The notes beneath the pieces were generated by a model. It ran no database searches. It was not told the DNA's origin and saw only the letters and a program-made list of their open reading frames with translations. Source: Felis catus (lineage: Eukaryota). Taken from it: a stretch of 64,000 bases of DNA. The DNA lies in NCBI RefSeq assembly GCF_018350175.1, contig NC_058368.1, forward strand, positions 106,642,001 to 106,706,000, in the 5' to 3' direction. Positions 1-12,258 of the stretch are shown in pieces. The stretch's first letter is position 1. Every line of letters starts with the position of its first letter. The position numbers and the translations under genes are program-made.

Positions 1-159
1 CAATAATTTAAAGACAAACTTTGTCACTGTGTATCCTGGACTGACAGATTCCTACTGATGAACACCTATAGAATGTTCATTGCCTCCAACCCCAAGTCTG
101 CACAAGTCCTTAGATTTTTCTAAGGTTATTTTGACTGCAACCTACTCCCTGACAACAAT

Positions 160-690
160 TTAAGTTATGGTTCTTGCTTATAGCAACAGCATTGGATTCC
201 AGTTAGCTTTAGCAGAAAAGAGTTTAACAAAATCATGTCATTGTGTAGCTTAATTGACGGGAAGGCTAGAAAACCAAGCTCTGAAAGCAGGCAGAATCCC
301 CAGGGAGCTGGGAGCTTCATTATCGCCAAGGCCCAACCTCTGGAATAGCTGGGTAGGGTGCCTGTGCAGCTGGCTCAAGACACTGTGCAAACTACTGGCA
401 CTACCACAACCATAGCTACTGGCCACTGCTGTTGAATTCCAAGTTGCTTTTCTTTCCTGTGTGCTACTTGATTCAGTTCTGCCAGCTGCGAACATTCACT
501 TAGCGAGGTCAGGAGTCTGCTCCCTGGTGGATCAGGAGAATGAGAACATGGACTTTGGGGCTACTTCAACTGGGAACCGATGCCCCCCCATCCCAGCATG
601 TTCTCAACTGGGGGATTCCCATGACAAATGAAGGGAGGTCAAATGATGGGTAGGCAAAACCTCAACAAAGCAAATGTCCCTAATAGCCCA
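160..690 (-). mobile_element. Ancient MaLR LTR remnant (MLT1M/N/O-like)
   Basis: ggttcttgcttatagcaacag...ttagcagaaaagagttta resembles the antisense MLT1 terminus. Confidence 0.4.
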
Positions 691-1553
691 CTAATACGAA
701 ATTCTACTGTTATTTCAATCACTGGTCAATAAACTTTTCAAATTTTATTTGAAGCATTTTTCAAATTTTTCTCATATAGACTTGTGTCTCAGAATATATC
801 TGAAACCCTTTTTTAGTCTTCCTCCTTCTTCTTCCCCCCCTTTCTTTCTTTCTACCCCCTCCCACACACATTATGAATACTATAGTAATCACAGAACTTT
901 AGACATGAAAGGCTTATCTTCATCTCATTTCGGCCTTTCTCCCACCTCTGGCAAGATCACATATAGATGACTTACCCTTGATTTCATTTGTTCACTTATT
1001 CAATAAACATTTATTGAGTGTTTAGCCAGCTGGGGCATTTCCTCTCAGATGCAACATTGCAAATGGTGTTGGAATTGAGCATACTGCTAACTGGAAGAGA
1101 AAATGCTAAGTTTTATCACACCCAATGTTTAAGACTTGGTGGCACTGGGATTTTAGTCTTCAGATGATCCTTACAGTGGTGACCATTGCTACCTGGTAGG
1201 ATGCTGCTCAAAGCAAAGAGGTGGGAAAATCCAAGCAGGAAGCTGTTGGGCCTGGATCTGTATTTACTCATCCTGCAGTTGGAGTCTCCATAGGGATTTG
1301 CGAATGATGAAACTTTCAGTGGCAAAGAAACTTCCCATGTGGTATGTGAGTGGCATATGAAGAAGCCTGAAGGATGGCCTTTGTTGTTGATGAAGCTGAA
1401 GAACGTTATTCTGACATGTTTTACTAGTTTGAGGATTGAGGATTCCATTTTTAGATTACAATCCTGGCCTTGGTTACTATGGAAAAAAAAAAACTTAAAA
1501 TACCTGTTTAGGTACAACCAATTACTGTGTTGAGTTTTATTAAAACTCAGACA

Positions 1554-1765
1554 GGGGCGCCTGGGTGGCGCAGTCGGTTGGGTGTCCGACTTCAGCCAGG
1601 TCACGATCTCACGGTCTGTGAGTTCGAGCCCCGCGTCGGGCTCTGGGCTGATGGCTCAGAGCCTGGAGCCTGTTTCCGATTCTGTGTCTCCCTCTCTCTC
1701 TGCCCCTCCCCCGTTCATGCTCTGTCTCTCTCTGTCCCAAAAATAAATAAACGTTGAAAAAAAAA
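1554..1765 (+). mobile_element. Young Can-SINE (SINEC_Fc)
   Basis: tRNA-derived head GGGGCGCCTGGGTGGCGCAGTCGG, CT-rich body, A tail; TSD aaaactcagaca (1542-1553/1766-1777). Confidence 0.95.
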
Positions 1766-2375
1766 AAAACTCAGACAAACCTGAGACACTTCATGCCCTT
1801 GTGAAATGCAAGTCCCATGTTCCAACTCCTTGAAAGGAATACCAACAAAATGTTTATGCGCTTTTAAAATGCTGTGACATTTATATAACACATAACAAAA
1901 ATTTGCAATAATCTTCTTCCTTTCTAAGTCTTTCCAAAGCTCATTCATCACAGCATAGAAATTGCCGCTATGACATTTTGTTTCACTTTATCCAAAAGTT
2001 CAATGAAATTCTCAAAACTAGTTTTTATAGGATCTTCTCTTTCTTCTTATGTCTTCTTTCCTTCCCAGATATGTTATTTCTTCTAATAAAAAAGTTCTTT
2101 GCATTCCATAGATTTGAAAGATCAGCTTTAGTCTTACTAAGTGCTTGGCCCATGTGCTGAGCAGGAAGAATTTACCTTGTCTGTTAGAAGTCAAGAGAGG
2201 GGGAAGGCTATGTATGTACATTTATATATTTTAATTTTGTCTGTCATATAGTATCATGCTGACTTTGGTCAGTATTTTTTTTTATAATTTCTTGGAGGCA
2301 CACAACTAACAGTGATTATTCCTAGGGAGCAGAATTGTGGGACATTTGAAGGGATTTGGGCAAGTTCAGATATTT

Positions 2376-2559
2376 CTTTTTTTGATGATCATTTATTTAT
2401 TTTTTAAGAGAGCAGGGGAGGGGCAGAGAGAGAATCTCAAGCAGGTTCTGCACTGTCATCACAGAGCCCAATGCTGGGCTCAGTCCCATGAAGCATGAGA
2501 TCATGACCTGAGCTGAAATCAAGAGTCAGACGCTTAACAGACTGAGCCACCCAGGCACC
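2376..2559 (-). mobile_element. Can-SINE (older subfamily)
   Basis: Reverse-complement head gactgagccacccaggcacc; degenerate TSD gcaagttcagatatt/gcaaagttagatatt. Confidence 0.85.
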
Positions 2560-2727
2560 ATGCAAAGTTAGATATTGAACAAACAGTTACAAATAAGTGC
2601 TAGGTCAGGGACTACTATGAGCAGAAAGCGAGGTCCTACTATGGCATAGAGCAATGAGACCCAGCTGGTACTTAGGATGCTTACATGAAGAGAAGAGGAG
2701 AGTTATGTGTAAAGAATAAGCAGGAGC

Positions 2728-2941
2728 GGGGTGCCTGGGTGGCTCAGTGGGTTGAACGTCCGACTTTGGCTCAGGTCATGATCTTGCGGTTTGTGAGTTC
2801 GATCCCCGTGTCGGGCTCTGTGCTGACAGCTCAGAGCCTGGAGCCTGTTTCAGATTCTGTGTCTCGCTCTCTCTCTGCCCCTCCCCTGCTCATGCTCTGT
2901 CTCTGTCAAAAATAAATAAACATTAAAAAAATTAAAAGAAA
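2728..2941 (+). mobile_element. Can-SINE
   Basis: Full head, body and tail; TSD aaagaataagcaggagc. Confidence 0.95.
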
Positions 2942-3604
2942 AAAGAATAAGCAGGAGCTATCTAAGCTAATGTGCAGGATGAGAAGGGACATGTTTCAGG
3001 CAGAGGGAACAGCAGTATGGTCTTGAGGCTAGAGAAATCATAGTATGTTTCAAGAATTCAGAGAGGTCAAAACAAGAAGAGTAAAATGGGATGGATCTGA
3101 AGATATAAAAGGACTCAGATGACACAGGCATTTAGGTGATATTAAGGACATTGAATTTTGTTCTGTGAACACTGGAAACCCACTGGAGGATTTCATCCCA
3201 AGCATATCATTTTCATTTGAAATCACTACTCGGTCTACAGACTGAAGACTGGATTGGGGCGGAGACAAACTGAATGCTAGATGGCCACGTTGCGCTTTGT
3301 AGTGTTTCCAAGGAGAGACAGCTGCATCAGGTAAGGGCTAGGAGCGCTCGAGAGAGTATATGAACTTAAGAGCTCTGAAGAAGAAGAAAAAAAGTGCCAT
3401 GACTTCATGACTGAAGGGATGTTGGTGACTAAAAAGATAAATGAGTCATGGGTGGCTTCCTGGGCTCAGGGTGGATGGATGGTGGTAGCTCTCACTTACC
3501 TGGGGAGTCCCGGAGGAAAATCCCTGTTTGCTATACGTATACTCATTGATACTTAAAATTGAGGCATTAGGAAGGTTGCATATTCATCTTAAGTCTTTCC
3601 TTAA

Positions 3605-4625
3605 ATAGGTTTATTGAGGTATAACCTACATACAATAAATTCTACCGGTTAAGGATACAGTTTGAATGAATTTTGAAAAACAGAGTCATGTAACCAATAT
3701 AATCATGATGCAGGACATTTCTGTCACCCAAGAAAGTTCTCTAATACTCCTTCATCCTCTGTCTCCCAGAGAGCCCTGGCACTTTGGACTGATAAGCTAT
3801 CACTTTCGCTTTATCTTTTCTAGACTTTCACATAGAATAATCCTTTTAAGAGTCACCTGCATTGTCACGTGTATCAGTAGTTTGTTTCCTTTTATTGCCA
3901 AGTGCAATTCCACTACAAGGGTACAAGAAAATTGTTTATCTTTTCACCAGTTTATGGACATATGGGTTGTTTTCAGTTTTGGGCAATTATGAATAAAGAT
4001 GGTATGAAATGCCAGTAGTCTTCTGGATATACTATTTCTCTTAGTAAATATCTAGGAGTTGTTGGGTTGTATGACCAATGTATGCATAAGATACACATAA
4101 GAAGCTGTCAAGCATTTTTCCCCCAAAATAGCTATACCGTTTTACATTTACATAAGTACTACATGAGAGTTTCATTTATTCCACATCCTACCAAAACATT
4201 TCATATTGCAGATAGTTTACATGTTTTCCAAAATAATGAGTGTGTAAGATTATCTATTCATGGTTTTAATTTTTACTTAATATTTATTTCTGTAATCACT
4301 AATGATGTCGGATATCCATATGAAAATAGGAACTCTTTCCCATGTTATCTACCAAAATTAATGTAAAAATGGATTGCATTTCCATTTGGGTAAATGTAAG
4401 AGGAAAGCCTTTAAAAGTTCTAGAAGAAAGTGTAGGGAAAAAGCCTGGATATGGAGTTATGCATACATTTCTTAATTAGGAAACCAAAGGATACATCATC
4501 ATGGACAAATTTATAAAGTAGACTTCATAAAAATTAAAAATGTTTGCTCTTCCAAATACACTGCTTAGTAAATAAGACAGCAAGCCATAGACTAGGAGAA
4601 AAGGTTTACAAAATTTGTATCTGAA
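3605..4625. mobile_element. Old L1M fragments (antisense 3' end ~3605-4320; sense ORF2 piece ~4350-4625)
   Basis: ttattgaggtataacctacatacaataaa; ggacatatgggttgttttcagtttt; gacttcataaaaattaaaaa...aataagacagcaagccatagactaggagaaa. Confidence 0.7.
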
Positions 4626-4689
4626 GGATTCCCACTCCCCCATCCCTCCCTGCTCCCCGCCTCAGTTTGCATAGGTTTTGTTGAGAAAT

Positions 4690-6037
4690 TTGCTGTCATT
4701 CCTATTCTTCTTTCTCTACATAATGTGACTTTTTTTCCTCTGACTGCTGTTGAGATTTTTTATTTCTCTTTTGTTTTTAGAAATTTGATTAAGATATGTG
4801 TTGACATAGTTTTCATTATGTGTGCACTGTTTGCATATATACATTTGTAGTTTTCATCAAATTTGGATAATTTTTAGCCTAATTTCTTCAAATAGTTCTA
4901 TTTCTTCCCTCCTTCAATGTTACAATTACTCATATGTTGGATCGTTAGTATTCCATAGCTCACCAACGTTCAAGACATTCCTTCTTTTTTTTTGTTTTGT
5001 TTTGTCTCCGCTTCATTTGGGGTAGTTTCTATTGTTATGTCTTCAAGTTCACTGATCTTTCTTGCTGAGGGCCCTGTCTGCTTTCAACCCCACCTGGTGT
5101 GTTGTTCATTTGAAATATTGTAGTTTTCATCTTTACAATATCCAGTTTTTGATGTCCCTTATCATTAGGTTCCTGTTTTTCTCTATCTTCTTATGAAGTT
5201 ACAGCATATCTCCATAGCTGCTTTAATGGTTTTGTCGGCTCATTCCATTCCTTCTGTCATGCCTAATCTAATTTTACTAATTGACATTTCCTCCTTGTGG
5301 GCAATTTTTTTTTTTTTTTTTTTTGCTTTTTGCATGCCTGCAGTTTTATACTGGATGCCACAGAATGAGAGTTTGTCATCCTTGCTGCTTATTTATTATT
5401 ATTACTTTAAAAACAATGGACTTTGGGGGCGCCTGGGTGGCGCAGTCGGTTAAGCGTCCGACTTCAGCCAGGTCACGATCTCGCAGTCCGTGAGTTCGAG
5501 CCCCGCGTCGGGCTCTGGGCTGATGGCTCGGAGCCTGGAGCCTGTTTCCGATTCTGTGTCTCCCTCTCCCTCTGCCCCTCCCCCGTTCATGCTTTGTCTC
5601 TCTCTGTCCCAAAAATAAATAAACGTTAAAAAAAAATTTTTTTTTTAAAATAAATAAAAACAATGGACTTTGTTCTAGTAGCCTGTTAAGTTATTTGGAA
5701 TCAGATGTATCATTTTGAGACTTACTTCTAAGCCTTGTTGGAATGAGCTCAAATCAATTTTAATTACAGGGCTAATTTAGCCCCTAACCACCAAACATGT
5801 AATTTTCTGAGAGCACTATCAAATGCCCCCTTGAATTACGAGGTCCTTCCACTCTACCTGGTGGGAATATGCAACACTTGAAGTATTTTTTAGTCTAACA
5901 TTCTCTGCTTCCCCTCCCCCCCCCCCCCGCCGCCGCTGCCTCACCCAGACTATTGGTATTTTCTTCATATCGTGCACAGATCAGAACACAGACAATTACT
6001 TCAAAGTTTTCTCAGCAAACATCCAGAGTTCACTCTC
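4690..6037 (-). mobile_element. Old L1M fragment (ORF1/5' region), continuing at 11204-11350
   Basis: T-rich antisense L1 pattern (tcttcaagttcactgatcttt). The L1M 5'-end motif ctctggtactctggcctctaaattctag resumes after the MLT1. Confidence 0.6.
5426..5655 (+). mobile_element. Young Can-SINE (SINEC_Fc)
   Basis: Near-identical to the 1554 copy; 17-bp TSD aaaaacaatggactttg. Confidence 0.95.
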
Positions 6038-6493
6038 TGTGGTAGTTTTAAGAATACATCCACAAATTCTTTAATTTTCCTTCCATCAAATTGTGGAATA
6101 ACAATTCCCTTCGAGTTGTTAAACTTAGTGACTCATGTCTGACAAATAGACTGTCACAGAAGTGATGGGTTATCACTCCCATGGTTAGGTTATTGAAACA
6201 CTGTGTGGCTTCTTTCTTGAGTGCACTCTTTTGCTTCTTCTCAAAGAGCTGCTCCAAAGGAAGCCAGAGACTTTCGGCCAATCAAGTTATCAGCAACAGT
6301 ACTGTACAATCAAGTTATCAGCTCTGGCTACCAGCTGAGTTGCAACATTGTATGAAATCTTAAGCCACAACTATTCAGATAAGCCATCCCTGAATTCTAA
6401 ACACTAAGAGACTGTGTCAGCAAATGTTTATTTATTTTTTTATGATGCAAAGTTTTTGAGTAATTTCTTATGTAGCAATAAATAACTAATACA
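6038..6493 (+). mobile_element. MaLR (MLT1-type) 5' LTR
   Basis: Starts TGTGGTAG and ends ...gtagcaataaataactaataCA, typical of MLT1 termini; followed by the int-start motif tattttgctacc. Confidence 0.75.
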
Positions 6494-6669
6494 TATTTTG
6501 CTACCTTAAAGTATTTCTGTAACAACAGAAATAACACATATTCTGGGACCTTAAAGTATTTCTGTAACAACAGTAACTTAAATTGTGAGTGTGGCTTGAA
6601 GCTGAGTGGTGACCATTAAGGAGGGTATTAGTGAAAGCTTAAAGTACCTTGAAGAAGCTGTACTTCAGG

Positions 6670-9135
6670 TTTTATTTGAAATAATTTTGTACTCACAAAT
6701 TTGTAAATATAATACAGATAGTTCCTATACAGCCTTCATCCAGTTTCCATCAATGCTAATGTCTTATATAACCATAGCACATTATCAAAACAAGGAAATT
6801 GATATGGATACAATATTACTGAGTAAACCACAGACTTTAACTTGGATTTCACCAGCTATGTGTTATGTTTCTATGAAATATTATCATGTATTATTGATTT
6901 GTATAATCACAGCTATGATTAAGCTACATAACTATTTCATTATCACAGTGAAATTTCCTTTTGCGATTTATATACATACACGCTCCTCCAAAATCTAATC
7001 CCAGGAAGCAACTGATGTTTTCCATCATTATAATTTTGTCATTTCAAAAACAGCATGGAAATGGAATAAAAGAGCTTATAGTCTTCTGAGATTGGCTTTC
7101 ATTCAGCATAATACCTTTGTATTAATAGTATTTAAGAGTTTATTTAATGTATGAGAATTCCAGTTGACTCCACATCCTTGTCAGTGCTTGGAATATTGTC
7201 AGTATTTTGTATGTTAGCATTCTAACAGGCATCTAATGATATTTAATCATGGTTCTAATGTGCAGTTCTCTACCAATTAATGATGTTTGATACATTTTCA
7301 TGTGCTTCTTGGTTCTGCATGTACTGACTTTTCAAGTCTTTTCCCCATTTTCTAGTTGGATTATTTGTTTTGGTAGTAGTGAATTCAAAGATTTTTTAAA
7401 ATATTCTGAATTTAAGAACTTTGTCAAATATGTGGTTTTCAAACATCTTATCCCAGGCCCATTTTTACATTCTCTCAACACAGTCTTTTTCAGAAAAAAA
7501 GAAGAGCTTTTAACTGGAGTCCAATCTATCATTTTTAATACTTTTTTATTATTATTTTGTTTCTGGAAAATAACTCTTTGTTCTTTTCTAAAGAACATGT
7601 CTAAGAACTCTTTGTTTAACCCTACGTTACAATGACCACCAATTTTGTTTCATATTTTTTTCAAGAAGTTTCATGTTTTGTAGTCTTATGTTTTATATTT
7701 CAATCTATGATCCATTTTGAGTTAATTTTGATATGAGATTCAAGTTGTGTTTTTTTTCTTTTTTGTCCATGGTGTCCAGTTGTTCCAATCCCATTTGTTG
7801 AAAAAAAATATCCTTTCTCCATTGAATTACTTTTTCATCTTACAAAAATCAGTTAACTATACTTGTATAGAATATATTTCTGGGCTCTATTCTGTTCCAT
7901 TGATCTATGGAATACCACAATATCTTGGTTATTGTAGCTATGGATTAAACCTTAATTTTAGGTGGTATTGAGACCTCAGACTTTATTATCCATTGTCAAT
8001 TTTCCCCCACTATTTTAGTTTGTTTCCAGGTATATTAAAAAAATAAATTTGTCTATATATACACAATAATTTTGGGATGTTGATAAGAATTGCTATAAAC
8101 AAAATGAATGTTTGGGCAGACTTGTCATCTTTAATATGCTTATTCTTATATCTCACTGTATCTTTTCATTTACTTAGGTCTTTAATTTTTATTGTCTTGT
8201 GGTCTTCAACATATAGATCCTATAGATATTTAATTAGACTTATACCTAAACATTTCACTAGGAGTGAATGTAAATGGTACTGAATCTTAACTTTAGTTGC
8301 CATTTGTTCATTGGTGGTATATAGAAATATGTTTGATTTTTGGTGTTAACCTTGTATTCTATGAACTTGCTCATTACTCTAGGAATTGTTCTGCATTTGT
8401 TTTGAGAATTATCTACATAGGCAATCATGTGATTGGCAAAGAGGGACAGTTTTATTTATCTTTTTCCAATTTATATTACTTTTATCTCCTTTGAAGGCTT
8501 TATTGCACTGGCTCAGATTTCCAATAAACTGTTCTGAATAGGAGTGGTGAGTGTGGACACCCATGCGTAGGTCTCAATATTAGAAGGATAGCATTTGCCT
8601 TTCATTCTTAGCTATAGTTTTTAAAAATAGATGTTCTTTATCCAGTTAAAGAATTTCCCTTCTGTTCCTATTTCAAGTTGCTGAGAGTGTTAATCATAAA
8701 CAGATATTGAAATTTGTTAAATGCTCTTCCCACTTGGTTTGGTATGGTTGTATGATTTTCTTCTTTAGCCTGTTGTTATCATAGATTACATTGATTGTTC
8801 TGGAATGCTGAACCAGCCTTGCATTCCTTATATACATCTCACTGACCATATTACATTATTCTGTTGATATATTGCTGAATTAAATTTGTTAATTTTATAT
8901 TTATATTGATGAGAGATATTAACCTGTATTTTCACTTTCTGTACTGGCTTTCTCTGGATTTCGTATGAAGGTAATGCCAGCTTCATAAATTGAGATGCAA
9001 AGTTCCTTTTTCTGAGAAAGATGATGTAGCATTGGTGTTACTGTAAAAATAAATGTTCAGTGACCACTGATCGTGTATGGAGATAGAGATTTCTTTTTTG
9101 AAGTTTTTAAACTATAAATTTAATTTCTTTAATCC
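6670..9135 (-). mobile_element. Old L1M LINE fragment (3' UTR and ORF2 end), inserted in the MLT1 internal region
   Basis: Antisense L1 motifs (ccagttgttccaatcccatttgttgaaaa, ttgaaccagccttgcattcc-like, gaataggagtggtgagtgtggacacc). Confidence 0.8.
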
Positions 9136-9139
9136 CTTA

Positions 9140-10457
9140 AAAAGGCTTTTAGTTTAAGCCATATGATCGTGGGTTAGGCTAAAGCTAAGAGGTTTTAGGA
9201 AAATGAGGTAAATATTATTGTAACTAAAGGAAAAAATCCTTATAACACCTTGGCATCACATTTATCAAGACTCTTGTCTGTTATAGAAAATGGGCCTAAT
9301 GTATTGGTTCATCAAACTGAGGAGGAAATTTCCAAAAATTTTGGAAGTTGCCATGTGGTTTCTTCCTGCTTACAGAAAATGTGAAAGGAGGGAGGGTGAC
9401 TAAAGGAGGCTGTTCACATAAAGTAGCCAGGACTTGATGGCTTTGGACCTTTCCACTTCTTTATTTGGAAAATAATGCTAAACTTAAGAAGAAATTGCTT
9501 TCAGGAAAGCACGGCGTAATGATGAAGTCAAAGGTGTGACTGTAAAATCCCTTGTTAAGAACTCATCATGATTGCACGTGGACATTCAGAGCCTCTTTCT
9601 GTCAGAGTGAAGGTCCTCTAAAGTGTTTTAAGTTGTTTCCCCAGGATCCTTTCAGTGGAACACTAGGAATTCTAACAAGTGTATAAACATGCATCTCCTC
9701 GGAAACCCAAGGTAGGGAAGGGTTTATCTTAAAGAGATTTGAGGGGGTGGCTTTAGTCTCATGGATAAAAAGTGAAACCCGTGAAGATTCACAAAAGACT
9801 CTCAAAGTTTGAAAAACAGTTAAATGTGGGTAAATATTTTGGGACCAAAATGGGTAGAGACCACATAAAATGATAGGGAGTTGCTGGATGTGTAAGTTCT
9901 ACTGTTAGGAAGTCATCTGAGAAAATGATTTGTTTGTAAACATATCCCATCTTTCATGAAAATGGGAGGGTGACTCAGAGCAGAAACCAGTTCCCAGGGA
10001 GAAGACACAGCACCATGGAGAATTATTCTCAGACCTTGAGACATAATCAGGGAACTTTAAACATTTTCCCAATTGGATTTAAGAATTGCTGTGGACCAGT
10101 GGTCCCTTTGTGCCTGAGCCAGTGTCTCCTTTGTGCTTCCTCTTTTCCTCCCTTGTAAACAGAAACGTCTATGGCAGCTGTCCCTGCCTGTCTCACCACA
10201 GTATGTTGGATGTATGAGTGGCAAATATACTGTTCCTATAGTGTCACAAGTCTGTAGAAGAAGAAAGACTAAATTCAAGGAGCTCTACCTAATGAACAAT
10301 GCTGAAAACATTCATGCACACCTCACGTGATTTACAGAGAGAGATTCTGAACATTGAGGGGCTGCTTTCATAGGATCAGCCTTTTGAGGGCCTTGGGAAG
10401 GGATGAGTGCATTCTGCACATGGAAGGAATGCAAATAATTTATGGTCAGGGGGCATT
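9140..10457 (+). mobile_element. MaLR MLT1 internal region (resumes after an L1 insertion; also 6494-6665)
   Basis: MLT1-int-like sequence ending in a purine-rich tract just before the second LTR. Confidence 0.6.
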
Positions 10458-11203
10458 GATGTTTTTAAAATTTTTTTTATATTAAAAACATTTAATGTTT
10501 ATTTTTGAGGGAGAGAGAGAGAGAGAGAGAGAGAGCAAGAGCTAGTGCACAAGTGGGGAAGGGGCAGAGAGAGAGAGAGAAAGAGGGAGACACAGAATCC
10601 GAAGCAGGCTCCAGGCTCTGAGCTGTCAGCACAGAGCCCGACACAGGGCTCCACCTCAGTGACTTTGAGATCCTGACCTGAACCAAAGTCAGCCACTTGA
10701 CTGACTGAGCCACCCAGGCTCTTCCCCACCCCCGATGGTTTTTAAAATATGCCCATACATTCTTTGAGTGCTCTCCATTTCACTGTGGGCTGGGACTTAG
10801 TGATTTGCTTCTTATGAATAGAATACGGAAGAAGTAATGGTATGCCATTTTCAAGATGGGGTCTTTTTATAAAAAGACCAACTTTCCACTGTGGGTGCAC
10901 TCTCTCTCTTGAATCACTTATTCCCAGAGGACACATGCAATGCGCGGCCAGTGGAGAGGTCCAGGTGGCAAGTTTCCAGCCAAAAACCATGTGATTTTGA
11001 AAACAGAACCTCTATGTCCCGTTAAGTCTTGAGAAACTATAGTTCTGGACAAGAGTTTGACTGCAGTCTTGTGAGAGACCCTGAGCCAGAATTATCCAGG
11101 TAAGCTACTCCTAGATTCCTGATCCTCAGAAACAGAGTGAGATAATAAATGTTTACTGTTTTAAACTGCTGACTTTGTTATGTCTCAGTAGAAAACTATT
11201 ATA
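10458..11203 (+). mobile_element. MaLR (MLT1-type) 3' LTR, interrupted by a Can-SINE
   Basis: Similar to the 6038-6493 LTR (cttagtga..., aataaatgtttactgttttaa...gtagaaaactattata). Confidence 0.7.
10472..10725 (-). mobile_element. Can-SINE inserted at the start of the MLT1 3' LTR
   Basis: TSD gatgtttttaaaat/gatggtttttaaaat. Confidence 0.9.
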
Positions 11204-11680
11204 CTCAATATGTAGCTCTGGTACTCTGGCCTCTAAATTCTAGTCATCTTGCTGTGTCTTCTCTACTCAGCTCATCTTCATGGCTCTGTTTGGATTTCTC
11301 CTTCTGGTGCCGAAGCCTCTTCAGGCAACTCAGTGAACGGGTTCTTGTTTTTTTCTAATATTTTAAGGTGTTGTGGAGGGGAAAGGACTTAAGATTAGCT
11401 TTAAGTTGGGAGAGGCTTAGGGCCAGTGAGTCGAGAGAATGAGGAAGGGCTGAAGGCATCAAAGCCAACTCTCTATGTAGAGAAGCATGGTTTATAAAAT
11501 GCAACATGTGAGCACCTTGTGTATAAGAACAGTTGGTTCCACTTACTCTGATGCTTTGTCACTTACCTCCACCCCACAAAAGCTGAGCTTGGTTGATGCT
11601 AGCTACCATCTGGTGACATATGTAGTGACCTGTCTTAACCAACATATTTTTCCCAGCTGCTCTTTTCTTCTCTCTGAGGT

Positions 11681-11685
<5 letters not shown>

Positions 11686-11728
<43 letters not shown>
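11686..11728. repeat. (CA)n microsatellite
   Basis: Read directly. Confidence 0.97.
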
Positions 11729-11729
<1 letters not shown>

Positions 11730-12138
11730 CACAGTCCTGCCTTTTTCCCTTTATTTCACTGTGCACAATTTACTCAATCCCAAATCAGGCTAGTTCTTTC
11801 TTTCACATACATGCATACACACTCAAACCCACTTTAACTGATGTTCTTATTTGCACATCTAAGTCTCTTTAGCTAGAGCACAAAAACTTCCTACAAGTTC
11901 TTTTTCTGTTAGGCTCATTCTCTCTGTAAGTCAGATAAATCATGCTGATAGTGGGTGATCACTAACAGAGTTAGTATTGTAATTCTGGATTAAGAAATTG
12001 GAATAAAATCCCGTACAGAAATCAATTTCTCTCATCTTCTAAATGATCGTAGAGAATCTCCTTAGAATTTCTACACCTATTCAGAGTAAATCATTGAACT
12101 AGGCAGTGTGTTCTGAAAAAAAAAAGATCTACAAAAGA

Positions 12139-12258
12139 GGGTGCCTGGCTGGCTCAGTCAGTAGAGCATACAACTCTTGATGTCTGGGTTGTGAGTTCAA
12201 GCCCCATGTTGGGTATAGAGATTACTTAAAAATAAAATCTTTTTAAAAATTTTAAAAA
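12139..12258 (+). mobile_element. Short tRNA-like Can-SINE lacking the CT body
   Basis: gggtgcctggctggctcagtcagtagagcat...gagttcaagcccc followed by an A-rich tail. Confidence 0.8.

Noticed and set aside
1527..1757. Recurrent ORFs such as GAPGWRSRL...CFRFCVSLSLCPSP and MAQSV...SGSVLTAQSLEP
   Set aside because: Translations of Can-SINE copies, not a gene family.
12139..12215. tRNA gene
   Set aside because: A/B-box-like head followed by a SINE-type A-rich tail; tRNA-derived SINE with no convincing cloverleaf.
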